Positions 1 to 8,898 of a stretch of 64,000 nucleotides of DNA are shown here, one piece after another. The notes under the pieces are model-generated. The model saw only the letters and a list, made by a program, of their open reading frames with translations. It had not been told where the DNA came from and searched no databases. The stretch is from Bacillota bacterium. Its GTDB lineage: Bacteria; Patescibacteriota; Patescibacteriia; Patescibacteriales; UBA12465. The translations under genes and the position numbers were made by a program. Every line of letters begins with the position of its first letter. The stretch's first letter is position 1. The DNA lies in the NCBI GenBank assembly GCA_050259635.1, contig JBLNBA010000004.1:267005-331004 (forward strand). The letters run 5' to 3'.

Positions 1-488
1 CCCATACGGCCACCCATGCGAGTGCCTTTGAAAATGTGGGCCGGGCCTTTAGCGCCTACGGAACCCGGCATACGGAGCTGGTCCTTATTGCCGTGGCTCT
101 TACGTCCACCTTGGAAATGATGGCGCTTGACTACGCCCTGGAAACCGCGACCCTTGGAAGTACCGGTAACATCGATGACATCTCCAGCGGAAAAAGTCGC
201 CACACTGATCTGGTCGCCGACATTAGCACTTGAATCAGATTCGGTGCGGAATTCGCGGACATGCATCGGCGCAACCCCGGCTTTTTTGAAATGCCCGAGC
301 TGGGGCTTCTTGATATTCTTTTCTTTGCGGACGCCAAAAGCGAGCTGCAACGCGGAATATTTATCAGTAGCAACAGTCTTCACCTGGGTGATGACGCAAG
401 GACCGGCCTGAACCGGAGTGACAGCCGAAACCTTATCATTCTCCCAAATCTGGGTCATCGGCAATTTTTTTCCTAAAATGAATTTCAT
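1..488 (-). CDS. rplC: 50S ribosomal protein L3 (N-terminal part; gene runs off the left edge)
   Basis: Not in the ORF track because there is no stop in the window. Reverse complement from the ATG at 488 reads MKFILGKKLPMTQIWENDKVSAVTPVQAGPCVITQVKTVATDK..., an L3 N-terminus. It lies downstream of rpsJ, as in S10 operons. Confidence 0.9.
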   Translation of the reverse strand, partial: MKFILGKKLPMTQIWENDKVSAVTPVQAGPCVITQVKTVATDKYSALQLAFGVRKEKNIKKPQLGHFKKAGVAPMHVREFRTESDSSANVGDQISVATFSAGDVIDVTGTSKGRGFQGVVKRHHFQGGRKSHGNKDQLRMPGSVGAKGPAHIFKGTRMGGRM

Positions 489-494
489 ATGTGT

Positions 495-527
495 TTTAAA
501 ACAAAAAACTGGTAGATATTACCAGCT
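495..527 (-). terminator. Intrinsic-terminator-like hairpin about 20 nt upstream of the rplC start (possible attenuator)
   Basis: On the minus strand: ctggta-atatc-taccag (6-bp stem at 509-525) followed by ttttttgtttt. It lies inside the 213-nt rpsJ-rplC spacer. Confidence 0.5.
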
Positions 528-701
528 TTAAAAACAAAAGCGAAAAATTGCGCACCTATGGCTTCCAATTTTCTAAATTTTGTTTTCTTGCTGCTTTCTC
601 CTTTGCCACCTGCTCACCGATAAGCATTTTCTATACTAACATTAGCATAGAGTTACCTAGCAGTTCCTAAGCGGCCCTTAACCTTGATATTTGATTTTAT
701 A

Positions 702-1040
702 TTACTGCATTTTTATCTCTACGTCAACCCCAGCCGGAAGGTTCAGGTTGGTGAGATCCTCAATAGTCTTGCTGCTCGGATCAATGATATCGATAATGCG
801 CTTATGGATGCGCATTTCATACTGGTCACGAGCATCCTTATGCACGAAAGTAGAGCGGTTAACCGTGTACTTGTGCTTTTCCGTTGGAAGCGGAATCGGA
901 CCGAAAAAACTGGCATCACTGCGTTCAATCGTGTCGACGATAGTCTTCGTTGACTGGTCAATAATCTTGTGATCAAAGGCCTTGATCTTAATACGGATTC
1001 TCTGTTTGTAATCCTTTTCCTCTTTCTTGGGTTCAGACAT
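702..1040 (-). CDS. rpsJ: 30S ribosomal protein S10
   Basis: 112 aa. [23 protein letters not shown]...GPIPLPT...[24 protein letters not shown] is canonical S10. It follows tuf. Confidence 0.97.
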   Translation of the reverse strand: MSEPKKEEKDYKQRIRIKIKAFDHKIIDQSTKTIVDTIERSDASFFGPIPLPTEKHKYTVNRSTFVHKDARDQYEMRIHKRIIDIIDPSSKTIEDLTNLNLPAGVDVEIKMQ

Positions 1041-1094
1041 AGAAGAATGTACTTTTTATGTTTCTAATTTAGTTTTATATAAATAAACACTATC

Positions 1095-1121
1095 AGCCTG
1101 CCCTGCTAGGCAGAGCAGGCT
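1095..1121 (-). terminator. GC-rich hairpin just after the tuf stop (partial terminator or processing site)
   Basis: agcctgc-c-ctgc-tag-gcag-a-gcaggct: 7+4 bp with one mismatch. There is no strong U-run, so termination efficiency is uncertain. Confidence 0.35.
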
Positions 1122-1132
1122 CAAGTGTCTAT

Positions 1133-2320
1133 TTATTTGATGATCTTAACGACGGTACCGGCACCGACAGTGCGTCCGCCTTCGCGGATAGCAAAGCGTT
1201 GCTTTTCTTCCAAAGCGACCGGAGCGATCAGCTTAACAGTGATCGTAACGGTATCGCCAGGCATAACCATCTCGGTTCCGGCCGGCAATTCAACTTCACC
1301 CGTGACATCAGTCGTACGGATATAGAACTGCGGCTTATAGCCCTTGAAGAAAGGCTTATGGCGTCCGCCTTCTTCCTTCGAAAGCACATAGATCTGAGCT
1401 TCGAATTCAGTATGAGGGGTAACGCTGCCCGGTTTGCAGAGAACCTGTCCGCGTTCAACTTCGTTCTTCTTGGTACCGCGGAGCAAGAGTCCGGCATTGT
1501 CGCCGGCCTGACCCTGGTCAAGAGACTTATTGAACATTTCGACACCGGTGATAGTAGTCTTCTTGGTATCCATCAAACCGACGATTTCAACTTCGTCTCC
1601 AACCTTGATGATACCGCGATCGATGCGGCCGGTAACGACAGTTCCGCGGCCTTCAATGGAAAAGATATCTTCGATCGGCATCAGGAAGGGGTGGTCGGTA
1701 TCGCGCGGCGGTTCCGGGATATATTCATCGAGCTGCTTCATGAGTTCCATGATCGGCTCAGCATCCGGACCATTCGGGTTTTCGAGAGCTTTCAAAGCGC
1801 TGCCGCGGATAATCGGGGTGGTGTCACCCGGGAATTCATACTTCTTGAGCAGATCGCGGATTTCCTCTTCGACAAGGTCGATGAGTTCCTTATCCTCAAC
1901 CATATCGCACTTGTTAAGGAAAACGACGATATAAGGCACACCTACCTGCTTAGCAAGCACGATGTGTTCGCGGGTCTGCGGCATAGGGCCGTCAGTAGCG
2001 GATACCACAAGGATAGCGCCATCCATCTGAGCGGCGCCGGTGATCATGTTCTTAACATAATCGGCGTGACCCGGACAATCAACGTGAGCATAGTGGCGGC
2101 TAGCGGATTCATATTCCACGTGTGCAGTCGCGATGGTAATACCGCGTTCGCGTTCTTCAGGGGCGGCATCGATTTCACTGACGCCTTTCTTCGAGGCGCT
2201 CATGCCATGGGCGCCGAATACCGCGAGCATCGCGGCGGTCAAAGTGGTCTTCCCGTGGTCGACGTGGCCGATGGTGCCGACGTTGACATGGGGCTTGTTG
2301 CGTTCGAATTTTTCTGCCAT
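1133..2320 (-). CDS. tuf: Elongation factor Tu
   Basis: 395 aa. [18 protein letters not shown] and NKCD GTPase motifs, with full-length EF-Tu similarity. Confidence 0.99.
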   Translation of the reverse strand: MAEKFERNKPHVNVGTIGHVDHGKTTLTAAMLAVFGAHGMSASKKGVSEIDAAPEERERGITIATAHVEYESASRHYAHVDCPGHADYVKNMITGAAQMDGAILVVSATDGPMPQTREHIVLAKQVGVPYIVVFLNKCDMVEDKELIDLVEEEIRDLLKKYEFPGDTTPIIRGSALKALENPNGPDAEPIMELMKQLDEYIPEPPRDTDHPFLMPIEDIFSIEGRGTVVTGRIDRGIIKVGDEVEIVGLMDTKKTTITGVEMFNKSLDQGQAGDNAGLLLRGTKKNEVERGQVLCKPGSVTPHTEFEAQIYVLSKEEGGRHKPFFKGYKPQFYIRTTDVTGEVELPAGTEMVMPGDTVTITVKLIAPVALEEKQRFAIREGGRTVGAGTVVKIIK

Positions 2321-2399
2321 GTTATTGTGCTTACGGCCCCCGAATGGGGTTTCTTTCCTAAGAGGAAACCAGCCGTGAAATTAATTAATATTTAAATTT

Positions 2400-2741
2400 T
2401 TACTTATCGCTTTCCGCTTTTCCCTTTACTTGCGGGGGGATGTTCCAGTTCTTCCGCTGTTTGCTTTCTTCCGCCAAATATTCGGCATTTTCTTCGTTTT
2501 TCCAGGCTGAGATTTCGCGATTTATTTTATCAGCAATATCGCCTTCTGTCAAACTTGGCTTATATACTGCATCTTTTTTATCTAATATCTCATCAGAAAT
2601 CAATTCTTCATAGCGGTCAAGATCAACGATAGCGAACGAGTCTTCGGGAGCCTCAGCATCAAAGAAGATGACGGGGTTATTTGTTTTTCTAGCTAATCTT
2701 AAAGCTTTTTTTAATTGTTCGCGCATAAGGGTTAGCGCCAT
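2400..2741 (-). CDS. Hypothetical small protein; N-terminal half resembles the Phd/YefM antitoxin fold, C-terminal half is a charged tail
   Basis: 113 aa, wedged between fusA and tuf. The pattern ...LARKTNNPVIFFDAEAPEDSFAIVDLDRYEELI resembles YefM/Phd N-domains by eye. No toxin partner is adjacent. Confidence 0.55.
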   Translation of the reverse strand: MALTLMREQLKKALRLARKTNNPVIFFDAEAPEDSFAIVDLDRYEELISDEILDKKDAVYKPSLTEGDIADKINREISAWKNEENAEYLAEESKQRKNWNIPPQVKGKAESDK

Positions 2742-2753
2742 CCTCCGGTGGCC

Positions 2754-4835
2754 TTATTTAGCTCCTTTCTCCTTGATTGTTTCCAGAACATTGCGGGGTA
2801 CTTCACTATAATGGGAAAATTCCATGGTGTAATTTGCCCTGCCCTGAGACATTGAGCGTAGAGAAGTGGCATAGCCGAACATTTCTGCTAAGGGGACTTT
2901 GGCCTTAATGGCCTTGATCTTGTTCGGCCGGTCAATCATTTCCTCGATCTGTCCGCGCTTAGAGTTTAAGTCGCCAATGATATTGCCCATGTAATCTTCA
3001 GGGGTGGTAACCTCCACTTTCATGATCGGCTCAAGCAGGATCGGTTTGGCCTTTTGGCAAGCATCCTTGAAAGCAAAGATACCGGCCATCTTAAAGGCGA
3101 TTTCCGAGGAGTCGACTTCATGGTAAGAACCGTAGAAGACAGCCACTTTGACGTCGACCATCGGGAAACCCGCGACGACGCCGGAAAGCATGCCTTCCTT
3201 AACACCCTTTTCGATCGCCGGAATATATTCCTTCGGGATGACGCCGCCCTTAACTTCGTCAACAAACTCATAGCCCTTACCTTCGCCCGCCGGTTCGACG
3301 CGCAACTGGCAGTGCCCATATTGTCCGCGTCCGCCGGACTGCTTGATATACTTATGCTCGGCTTCGGCGGTCTGAGTAATGGTCTCGCGATATGATACCT
3401 GCGGCTTGCCGACGTTAGCTTCTACTCCGAACTCCCTCTTCATGCGGTCGACGATAATATCAAGGTGCAATTCGCCCATACCGGAGATGAGAACCTGATT
3501 GGTTTCTTCATCGGTCTCGACACGGAAAGTCGGGTCTTCTTCAGCCAAGCGCTGCAAGGCGACACCCATCTTCTCCTGGTCGGCTTTGGTCTTCGGTTCA
3601 ACAGCGATCTTGATCACCGGTTCCGGGAAGACGATCGACTCGAGTAGGACCGGCTTATTCTCATCACAGAGAGTATTGCCGGTAGTAGTATTCTTTAATC
3701 CGATTACCGCAGCAATGTCGCCGGCGTATATCTCTTTAATCTCTTCACGATGATTGGCGTGCATGCGGACCAAGCGGCCGATGCGTTCCTTGTTACCGGT
3801 AGATGCGTTGACGATATATGAACCGGACTGCAGAACGCCCTGATACACGCGGACGAAGCAGAGCTTGCCCACGAAAGGATCGGTTGCGATCTTGAAAGCG
3901 AGGCCAACGAAGGGAGCGTTATCATCTGCCTTGATCGGAGCTTTCTTCTCCGGGTCATTCACATCGGAAGATTCTATTTCCGGAACATCTAAAGGAGAGG
4001 GCAAATAATCATTTACGGCATCAAGGGCGAACTGGACGCCGATATTCTGTAAAGCCGTACCGCAGAGCACGGGATATATCGCATTAGTGATAACTCCTTT
4101 GCGGATCGCATTCTTGAGCTCTTCAACAGAGATTTCCTCGCCACCCAGATATTTCTCCATGGTCGTCTCGTCGCACTCAACCGAGCGCTCTACGAGTTCG
4201 GAGCGGAATTTCTCCACCTTTTCTTTCATATCGGCCGGGATCTCGATTTCAGTAATATTCTCACCAAAGTTACCGGCAAAGGTATAAGCTTTGCGATCAA
4301 GCAGGTCGATGACGCCGCTTAAATTATCTTCGGCGCCGATCGGCAGCTGGACAGCAACCGCTTTCGGGCTAAGGCGCTGCTTGATAGAATCAAGGCTCAT
4401 GAAGAAATCAGCACCCATCTTGTCCATCTTATTCACGAAGCAAAGACGCGGAACGTTATACTTGTCCGCCTGGCGCCAAACGGTCTCAGACTGCGGCTCA
4501 ACGCCGGCCTGTCCGTCGAAAACGGCGATAGCGCCATCAAGGACGCGCAAAGAGCGCTCCACCTCAACGGTGAAGTCAACGTGCCCAGGAGTATCGATGA
4601 TATTGATCTTATTGCCCTTCCAGAAACAAGTCGTAGCCGCAGAAGTGATGGTAATGCCTCTTTCCTTTTCCTGTTCCATCCAATCCATTTCCGCAGCCCC
4701 TTCATGAACTTCCCCAATCTTGTGCTTTTTACCGGTATAAAAAAGGACGCGCTCGGTAAAAGTGGTCTTACCGGCATCGATGTGGGCCATGATACCGATA
4801 TTTCTGATCTTATCTAAAGAATAATCACGGGGCAT
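2754..4835 (-). CDS. fusA: Elongation factor G
   Basis: 693 aa. [17 protein letters not shown] and NKMD motifs, with full EF-G domain order. Confidence 0.99.
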   Translation of the reverse strand: MPRDYSLDKIRNIGIMAHIDAGKTTFTERVLFYTGKKHKIGEVHEGAAEMDWMEQEKERGITITSAATTCFWKGNKINIIDTPGHVDFTVEVERSLRVLDGAIAVFDGQAGVEPQSETVWRQADKYNVPRLCFVNKMDKMGADFFMSLDSIKQRLSPKAVAVQLPIGAEDNLSGVIDLLDRKAYTFAGNFGENITEIEIPADMKEKVEKFRSELVERSVECDETTMEKYLGGEEISVEELKNAIRKGVITNAIYPVLCGTALQNIGVQFALDAVNDYLPSPLDVPEIESSDVNDPEKKAPIKADDNAPFVGLAFKIATDPFVGKLCFVRVYQGVLQSGSYIVNASTGNKERIGRLVRMHANHREEIKEIYAGDIAAVIGLKNTTTGNTLCDENKPVLLESIVFPEPVIKIAVEPKTKADQEKMGVALQRLAEEDPTFRVETDEETNQVLISGMGELHLDIIVDRMKREFGVEANVGKPQVSYRETITQTAEAEHKYIKQSGGRGQYGHCQLRVEPAGEGKGYEFVDEVKGGVIPKEYIPAIEKGVKEGMLSGVVAGFPMVDVKVAVFYGSYHEVDSSEIAFKMAGIFAFKDACQKAKPILLEPIMKVEVTTPEDYMGNIIGDLNSKRGQIEEMIDRPNKIKAIKAKVPLAEMFGYATSLRSMSQGRANYTMEFSHYSEVPRNVLETIKEKGAK

Positions 4836-4872
4836 AATTCATTGATAAATATAATAAAATTGATATTCCAGC

Positions 4873-5340
4873 TTATCTTGAGAAGTGGGCGAAGGCCTTG
4901 TTGGCTTCGGCCATCTTATGAACGGCTTCCCTCTTCTTGACGGCTGCGCCTTCGCCATTGGAGGCGTCAAGCACTTCCGCAGCGAGCTTCTCCGCCATAG
5001 AGTGTCCGCGGCGGGTATGTGCGGCAGTAATCATCCAGTGGCAACCGAGATAGAAACGGCGTTCGCCACGGACCTGGAACGGAACCTGGTAGTTCGCACC
5101 GCCAACGCGCTTACCGCGAACTTCGACGAGCGGAGAAACCTTTTTCATCGCCTTGTTGAAGACATGGCGAGGATCCTGCTTGGTTTTATCCTTGATGATA
5201 TTGAAAGAGCCATAGACGATACGCTCGGCCGTGCTCTTCTTACCGTCCTGCATCACATAATTGATGAGTTTGGTAATACTTTTGTCGTTGTATTTGCTAT
5301 CCCCGGCAATATCTCTCTTAGGGGCTTGTTTTCCTCTCAT
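4873..5340 (-). CDS. rpsG: 30S ribosomal protein S7
   Basis: 155 aa. Typical S7 sequence (...VEVRGKRVGGANYQVPFQV...) in str-operon position. Confidence 0.98.
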   Translation of the reverse strand: MRGKQAPKRDIAGDSKYNDKSITKLINYVMQDGKKSTAERIVYGSFNIIKDKTKQDPRHVFNKAMKKVSPLVEVRGKRVGGANYQVPFQVRGERRFYLGCHWMITAAHTRRGHSMAEKLAAEVLDASNGEGAAVKKREAVHKMAEANKAFAHFSR

Positions 5341-5421
5341 AAATCTTTATAGGCGGGCCGCCGCCAGCTATAATGGCGTCCGCTTGTTATATATCGGAGG
5401 CTGGCTCCGGAAAATTATATG

Positions 5422-5844
5422 TTATTTGCTTTTCGGTCTCTTAGCGCCGTAGCAGCTGCGGCCCTGACGGCGAGCTTCCACTCCAACCGCATCGTATACG
5501 CCGCGGACAACCTTATAGCGGACACCCGGAAGATCCTTAGTCTTTCCTCCCTTTACCAAGACGATAGAGTGTTCCTGAAGATTGTGGCCCATGCCAGGGA
5601 TATAAGCGGTAACTTCCATGCCGTTAGACAGACGGACGCGGGCGATCTTTCGGAGCGCGGAGTTCGGCTTCTTCGGAGTGGTAGTCGTCACCTTGACGCA
5701 AACACCCTGCTTAAAAGGCGCGCCCTTGGCATTGACGTTCTTCTGGCGATGCAGCGAGTCAAGGCTGGTGTGCAAAGCCAAAGAAGACTGACGCTGGCTC
5801 TTCGATTTTCTGCCCTTGCGGACCAATTGGTTGATAGTCGGCAT
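5422..5844 (-). CDS. rpsL: 30S ribosomal protein S12
   Basis: 140 aa. [12 protein letters not shown]...[10 protein letters not shown]... is canonical S12. Confidence 0.98.
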   Translation of the reverse strand: MPTINQLVRKGRKSKSQRQSSLALHTSLDSLHRQKNVNAKGAPFKQGVCVKVTTTTPKKPNSALRKIARVRLSNGMEVTAYIPGMGHNLQEHSIVLVKGGKTKDLPGVRYKVVRGVYDAVGVEARRQGRSCYGAKRPKSK

Positions 5845-5940
5845 AATGCTTTCACGGTTCGGTTGTAAACCGGATAAAAAAAATTTAGTGCGATGATAAC
5901 AAAATATCCTGACCCATCAGGATAGAGTTATTACCCGATC

Positions 5941-5969
5941 ACTTTATCAAAATCAAAAAAATAAGTCAA
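5941..5969 (-). promoter_or_regulatory. Candidate sigma70-type promoter of the rpsL-rpsG-fusA-tuf operon
   Basis: Minus strand: TTGACT (5969-5964), 17 nt, TAAAGT (5946-5941). A 7-bp hairpin atcctga-ccca-tcaggat (5906-5923) lies in the predicted 5' UTR. Confidence 0.4.
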
Positions 5970-6018
5970 GATAAGCTAATAATCACGGGCCTCAGAATAA
6001 GGCTTGAGAAGGCAATAT

Positions 6019-6618
6019 TCAACCTATCACCACCACGCGGTAGAGAAAATCAATTAACGGGAGCAGATAAGGAAAACCGATCCAAGCGAACAGGATCACG
6101 AAAATGAAGCCGAAACGCTCCAAAGACAGGTATTTTGCCTGCCAAGAGGCCGGAAGAAGCGGTGCCAAGACCTTGGAACCGTCAAGAGGCGGTATTGGCA
6201 GGAGATTAAAAACCATCAAAATCAGGTTAATATAGATTATCAGAGAGATGAGACCGGAAAAGGTCAAACTGATAAACGGTAAAATTCCCAGGAGAATGCC
6301 AAAAATTAGGGCCATCAATAAATTTGCCAAGGGACCGGCCAACGCCACTTTAGCACCGCCGAAACGTGCATCCCTTAAATTATAAGGGTTATAAGGCACG
6401 GGCTTAGCCCAGCCGAAAGCAAAATTCATCCCGGATAGGAGCATCAACCCCGGTAACAAAAAAGACCCGAACCATTCTAGATGAGCCAAGGGGTTCAAAG
6501 TGAGGCGCCCGGCCGCTCTGGCCGTATTATCCCCCAGCCTATCCGCCATCCAGCCATGCATATATTCATGAATGACAGCCGAAAAGATAAGGATGATAAT
6601 TTGGAATAAGGTTAACAT
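6019..6618 (-). CDS. Site-2 protease family (peptidase M50) membrane metalloprotease
   Basis: 199 aa, polytopic. HEYMH (HExxH) and NLLPIPPLDGSKV (NxxPxxxLDG) motifs. Confidence 0.85.
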   Translation of the reverse strand: MLTLFQIIILIFSAVIHEYMHGWMADRLGDNTARAAGRLTLNPLAHLEWFGSFLLPGLMLLSGMNFAFGWAKPVPYNPYNLRDARFGGAKVALAGPLANLLMALIFGILLGILPFISLTFSGLISLIIYINLILMVFNLLPIPPLDGSKVLAPLLPASWQAKYLSLERFGFIFVILFAWIGFPYLLPLIDFLYRVVVIG

Positions 6619-6752
6619 ATATGGCTTTATTTTAGCACAACTTGATTATTTTTAAAAATATGCTAATATTTAGGCATCAATTTTTTATAAACCGACGGCC
6701 GCCGATAAAGCCCGTTTTTTGGTGCATATTACTCGGCTGTTTTTTAGAAAAT

Positions 6753-6929
6753 ATGGCTAAACAATGCGATTTATGCAAACGGGGCGCCACTAAAGGTGCC
6801 AGCCGCTCGCACTCGAAGATCAAGACTTTGAAGCGCCAGGGTATCAATCTCCAATCCAGGAATGTCGGCGGTATCAAGCTTTCTCTCTGTACCAGCTGCC
6901 TGCGCACCATGGCTAAGAACGACCGTTAA
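6753..6929 (+). CDS. rpmB: 50S ribosomal protein L28
   Basis: MAKQCDLCKRGATKGASRSHSKIKTLKRQGINLQ... is L28. I start at the internal ATG 6753 rather than the TTG at 6642, because the upstream 37 codons have no L28 counterpart. Confidence 0.9.
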   Translation: MAKQCDLCKRGATKGASRSHSKIKTLKRQGINLQSRNVGGIKLSLCTSCLRTMAKNDR

Positions 6930-6945
6930 TCTGCATAATAAAAAG

Positions 6946-6975
6946 AACGCCTCCTAAATTAGGGGGCGTTTTTAA
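6946..6975. terminator. Bidirectional intrinsic terminator between rpmB (+) and the 118-aa gene (-)
   Basis: aacgcctcc-taaatta-gggggcgtt (9 bp, one G-U pair), with an A-run upstream and ttttt downstream. Confidence 0.75.
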
Positions 6976-6989
6976 TTCCTATATATCGT

Positions 6990-7346
6990 TTAGATATATA
7001 ACTTCTCGATATACAGATTCTTGGTAAAACGGCCGAGACGATAGTCAATGAGAATGTCCGCGTCGACCAAAGCAGCTTCATGCTGTGATTTCTTCACGTA
7101 AACGCTTCCGATTTCACCTTCCACCTGGATTATCAGGCGGAAACGGGGACTTCGTACTCCTGATAGTATCCCGCCCACAATGTCTAATAGCTCCAACCTG
7201 GAACTAGCATTGGACTTCACGGCTATTTTCGCCGGAATAGATCTTCTCAGGGGTACCCAAACATCTATAATGATAAAAGATGCGAAAGTACAGAGAAAAA
7301 AAAGGAAAAACCCAAAGGTAATTCCCAAACTTACTAATAAAATCAT
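6990..7346 (-). CDS. Hypothetical protein with an N-terminal TM helix
   Basis: 118 aa. Hydrophobic N-terminus (LVSLGITFGFFLFFLCTFASFIIIDVW) followed by a soluble domain. I recognise no family. Confidence 0.5.
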   Translation of the reverse strand: MILLVSLGITFGFFLFFLCTFASFIIIDVWVPLRRSIPAKIAVKSNASSRLELLDIVGGILSGVRSPRFRLIIQVEGEIGSVYVKKSQHEAALVDADILIDYRLGRFTKNLYIEKLYI

Positions 7347-7385
7347 GATTCGAGGGGTTTGTTGGTTAATAAATGAACTGGGACT

Positions 7386-7414
7386 ATGATATCATCTTTA
7401 ATTAATATTGTCAA
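7386..7414 (-). promoter_or_regulatory. Candidate sigma70-type promoter for the 118-aa gene
   Basis: Minus strand: TTGACA (7414-7409), 17 nt, TATCAT (7391-7386), directly after the comEC stop. Confidence 0.5.
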
Positions 7415-7421
7415 TATTATC

Positions 7422-8858
7422 TCATTTCTTCCTAATTATTAAACAAAATATTCCCAAACTGTAATATATAATCGCCATCCAAGGACGGAACCAGTCAGAA
7501 GGAATGAAGGCAAGTGGTAAATGGGCGCAAATCTCCCCTATCTTCAAGAGATAGGCCAATAAAGCATGGCCCGGCAACCAAAAAATGTAGAACGCCCCAC
7601 ATAAGCAACTGGCGACTAAGGCGATCAGCAGCCAAATAACCAAAGGACCGAACACCCAAAAAGCCAAAACATTAGAGAAAGGAGAAATAAGGGAAATACC
7701 GCTTCCCTGCAAAGCCAAGAGCGGCCAGACGGCTAATTGCGCCGCCAGCGACACCCGGAAAGCGGAACGGAGCGTCTTGGCAAAGCGGCCAAAACCGGAT
7801 TCATAGGGATAAATCTTGGACGCCGCCTCCGGTTCAAGCGCGGCCATACCGGCTATGGCCAGGAAAGAAAGCTGAAAACCCAGGTCATAACGCCAAATCA
7901 TCGGCTTCTCGACCAGCATTATAGCAGCGGCTATCAGCATCAAGAGCCAAATTGACCTGGGTTTTCCCTGACGCCAAGACCAGAGAGCCAACGCCCCCAT
8001 TATGAATGACCGCCAGGCAGAAGCCTGCATCCCCGTCATAATGACATATATGAAGGCCCCTAGTATTGCTGGCCACATTGCCCGCCTCTTCCCTATCCTC
8101 AAATAGGCCAAAGCGGCGATCATCAGCTCGAGGAACAAGCTGATATGTCCGCCGGAGATCGCGACGATATGACTCAAACCTGCTCGCTTGAAATCCTCAT
8201 CGGCCTCAGGAACCAAGGTCTTCTTGTATCCCAAGAGCAACGCAGAACCCAGTCCGGCCGCGGGCTCAGGCAAGGCTTCATTAATTATCTCGAGCGCCCA
8301 GCGCTTAAGAGAAAAGAGGCTCCTCATAATTTCCCTCCCTTCTACTCCCTCCTCAACCGAAATTACCAGAGGAAAAGAACACACCGCCCCGATTCCCTGC
8401 GCCGCCAAATATGCAGCGTAATCGAAGCCTTCAAAAGAAGGTGGCCGCTCAAGCCGGCAGTGTAATCGCATGCCGTCGCCATAAGCAACTCGAGGATATA
8501 ATGGCAGCTTGACCGCCGCCTTGCCTTTCTGGCCGCCATCCTTCCCTGTTAAACAAAGTACCGTCGACTGCCCGTCCCAAAGCGGCTCGGGATCGCGGCA
8601 AACCCAAAAGGTCCAGTCACGGCTTTCACCAAGATTATTTCCAAAACGCTTGCTCGGATCCCCCGAAATCCCCGCTCGCCCTAAGCCCAATAGGAATAGC
8701 ATAACTGTAACCGCCAACTTCTTTCTTCGCCTTCCCTTGCTAAAAATTATAACGGCCAAGGACGGGGCCAAAAATGATAAATATGGAATTTCTATGATTG
8801 AGCCAGTAACGACGCCGGCAATGAAAGACCCCAAATATAAATAGAGAGATGTATACAT
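7422..8858 (-). CDS. comEC: ComEC/Rec2-family DNA internalisation channel (short form, no C-terminal metallo-beta-lactamase domain)
   Basis: 478 aa, polytopic. GLSHIVAISGGHISLF matches the ComEC competence-domain signature, and the N-terminal part is DUF4131-like. Confidence 0.85.
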   Translation of the reverse strand: MYTSLYLYLGSFIAGVVTGSIIEIPYLSFLAPSLAVIIFSKGRRRKKLAVTVMLFLLGLGRAGISGDPSKRFGNNLGESRDWTFWVCRDPEPLWDGQSTVLCLTGKDGGQKGKAAVKLPLYPRVAYGDGMRLHCRLERPPSFEGFDYAAYLAAQGIGAVCSFPLVISVEEGVEGREIMRSLFSLKRWALEIINEALPEPAAGLGSALLLGYKKTLVPEADEDFKRAGLSHIVAISGGHISLFLELMIAALAYLRIGKRRAMWPAILGAFIYVIMTGMQASAWRSFIMGALALWSWRQGKPRSIWLLMLIAAAIMLVEKPMIWRYDLGFQLSFLAIAGMAALEPEAASKIYPYESGFGRFAKTLRSAFRVSLAAQLAVWPLLALQGSGISLISPFSNVLAFWVFGPLVIWLLIALVASCLCGAFYIFWLPGHALLAYLLKIGEICAHLPLAFIPSDWFRPWMAIIYYSLGIFCLIIRKK

Positions 8859-8898
8859 CCCTCTATCATATGCTTAGACTGATGAAATCAAATTAAAG

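Noticed and set aside
556-627. 23-codon ORF (MLIGEQVAKEKAARKQNLENWKP) in the rpsJ-rplC spacer as a real small protein.
   Set aside because: It is too short to evaluate and has no RBS or conservation evidence. It is mentioned only as a possible leader peptide within the spacer finding.
1199-2395. 398-aa ORF on the plus strand fully antisense to tuf. Similar long antisense ORFs occur at 11493-12149 (rpoA), 13470-13919 (rpsM), 28957-29571 (S8), 37844-38677 (mreB), 44725-45675 (ileS) and 46042-46626.
   Set aside because: They are shadow ORFs opposite strongly conserved genes with unmistakable homology. Their translations are low-complexity, Arg/Ser/Leu-rich and have no recognisable motif.
6642-6752. 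N-terminal extensions in the ORF track: TTG start for L28 at 6642, 10940-11089 for L13, 31849-31938 for GT4, 34378-34443 for RmlB, 42777-42818 for LemA, 46816-46914 for Nudix, and 61229-61315 for the sugar transferase.
   Set aside because: In each case an internal ATG gives the canonical family N-terminus and removes large overlaps with the upstream gene. For 61229 the extension would also contain a terminator hairpin.
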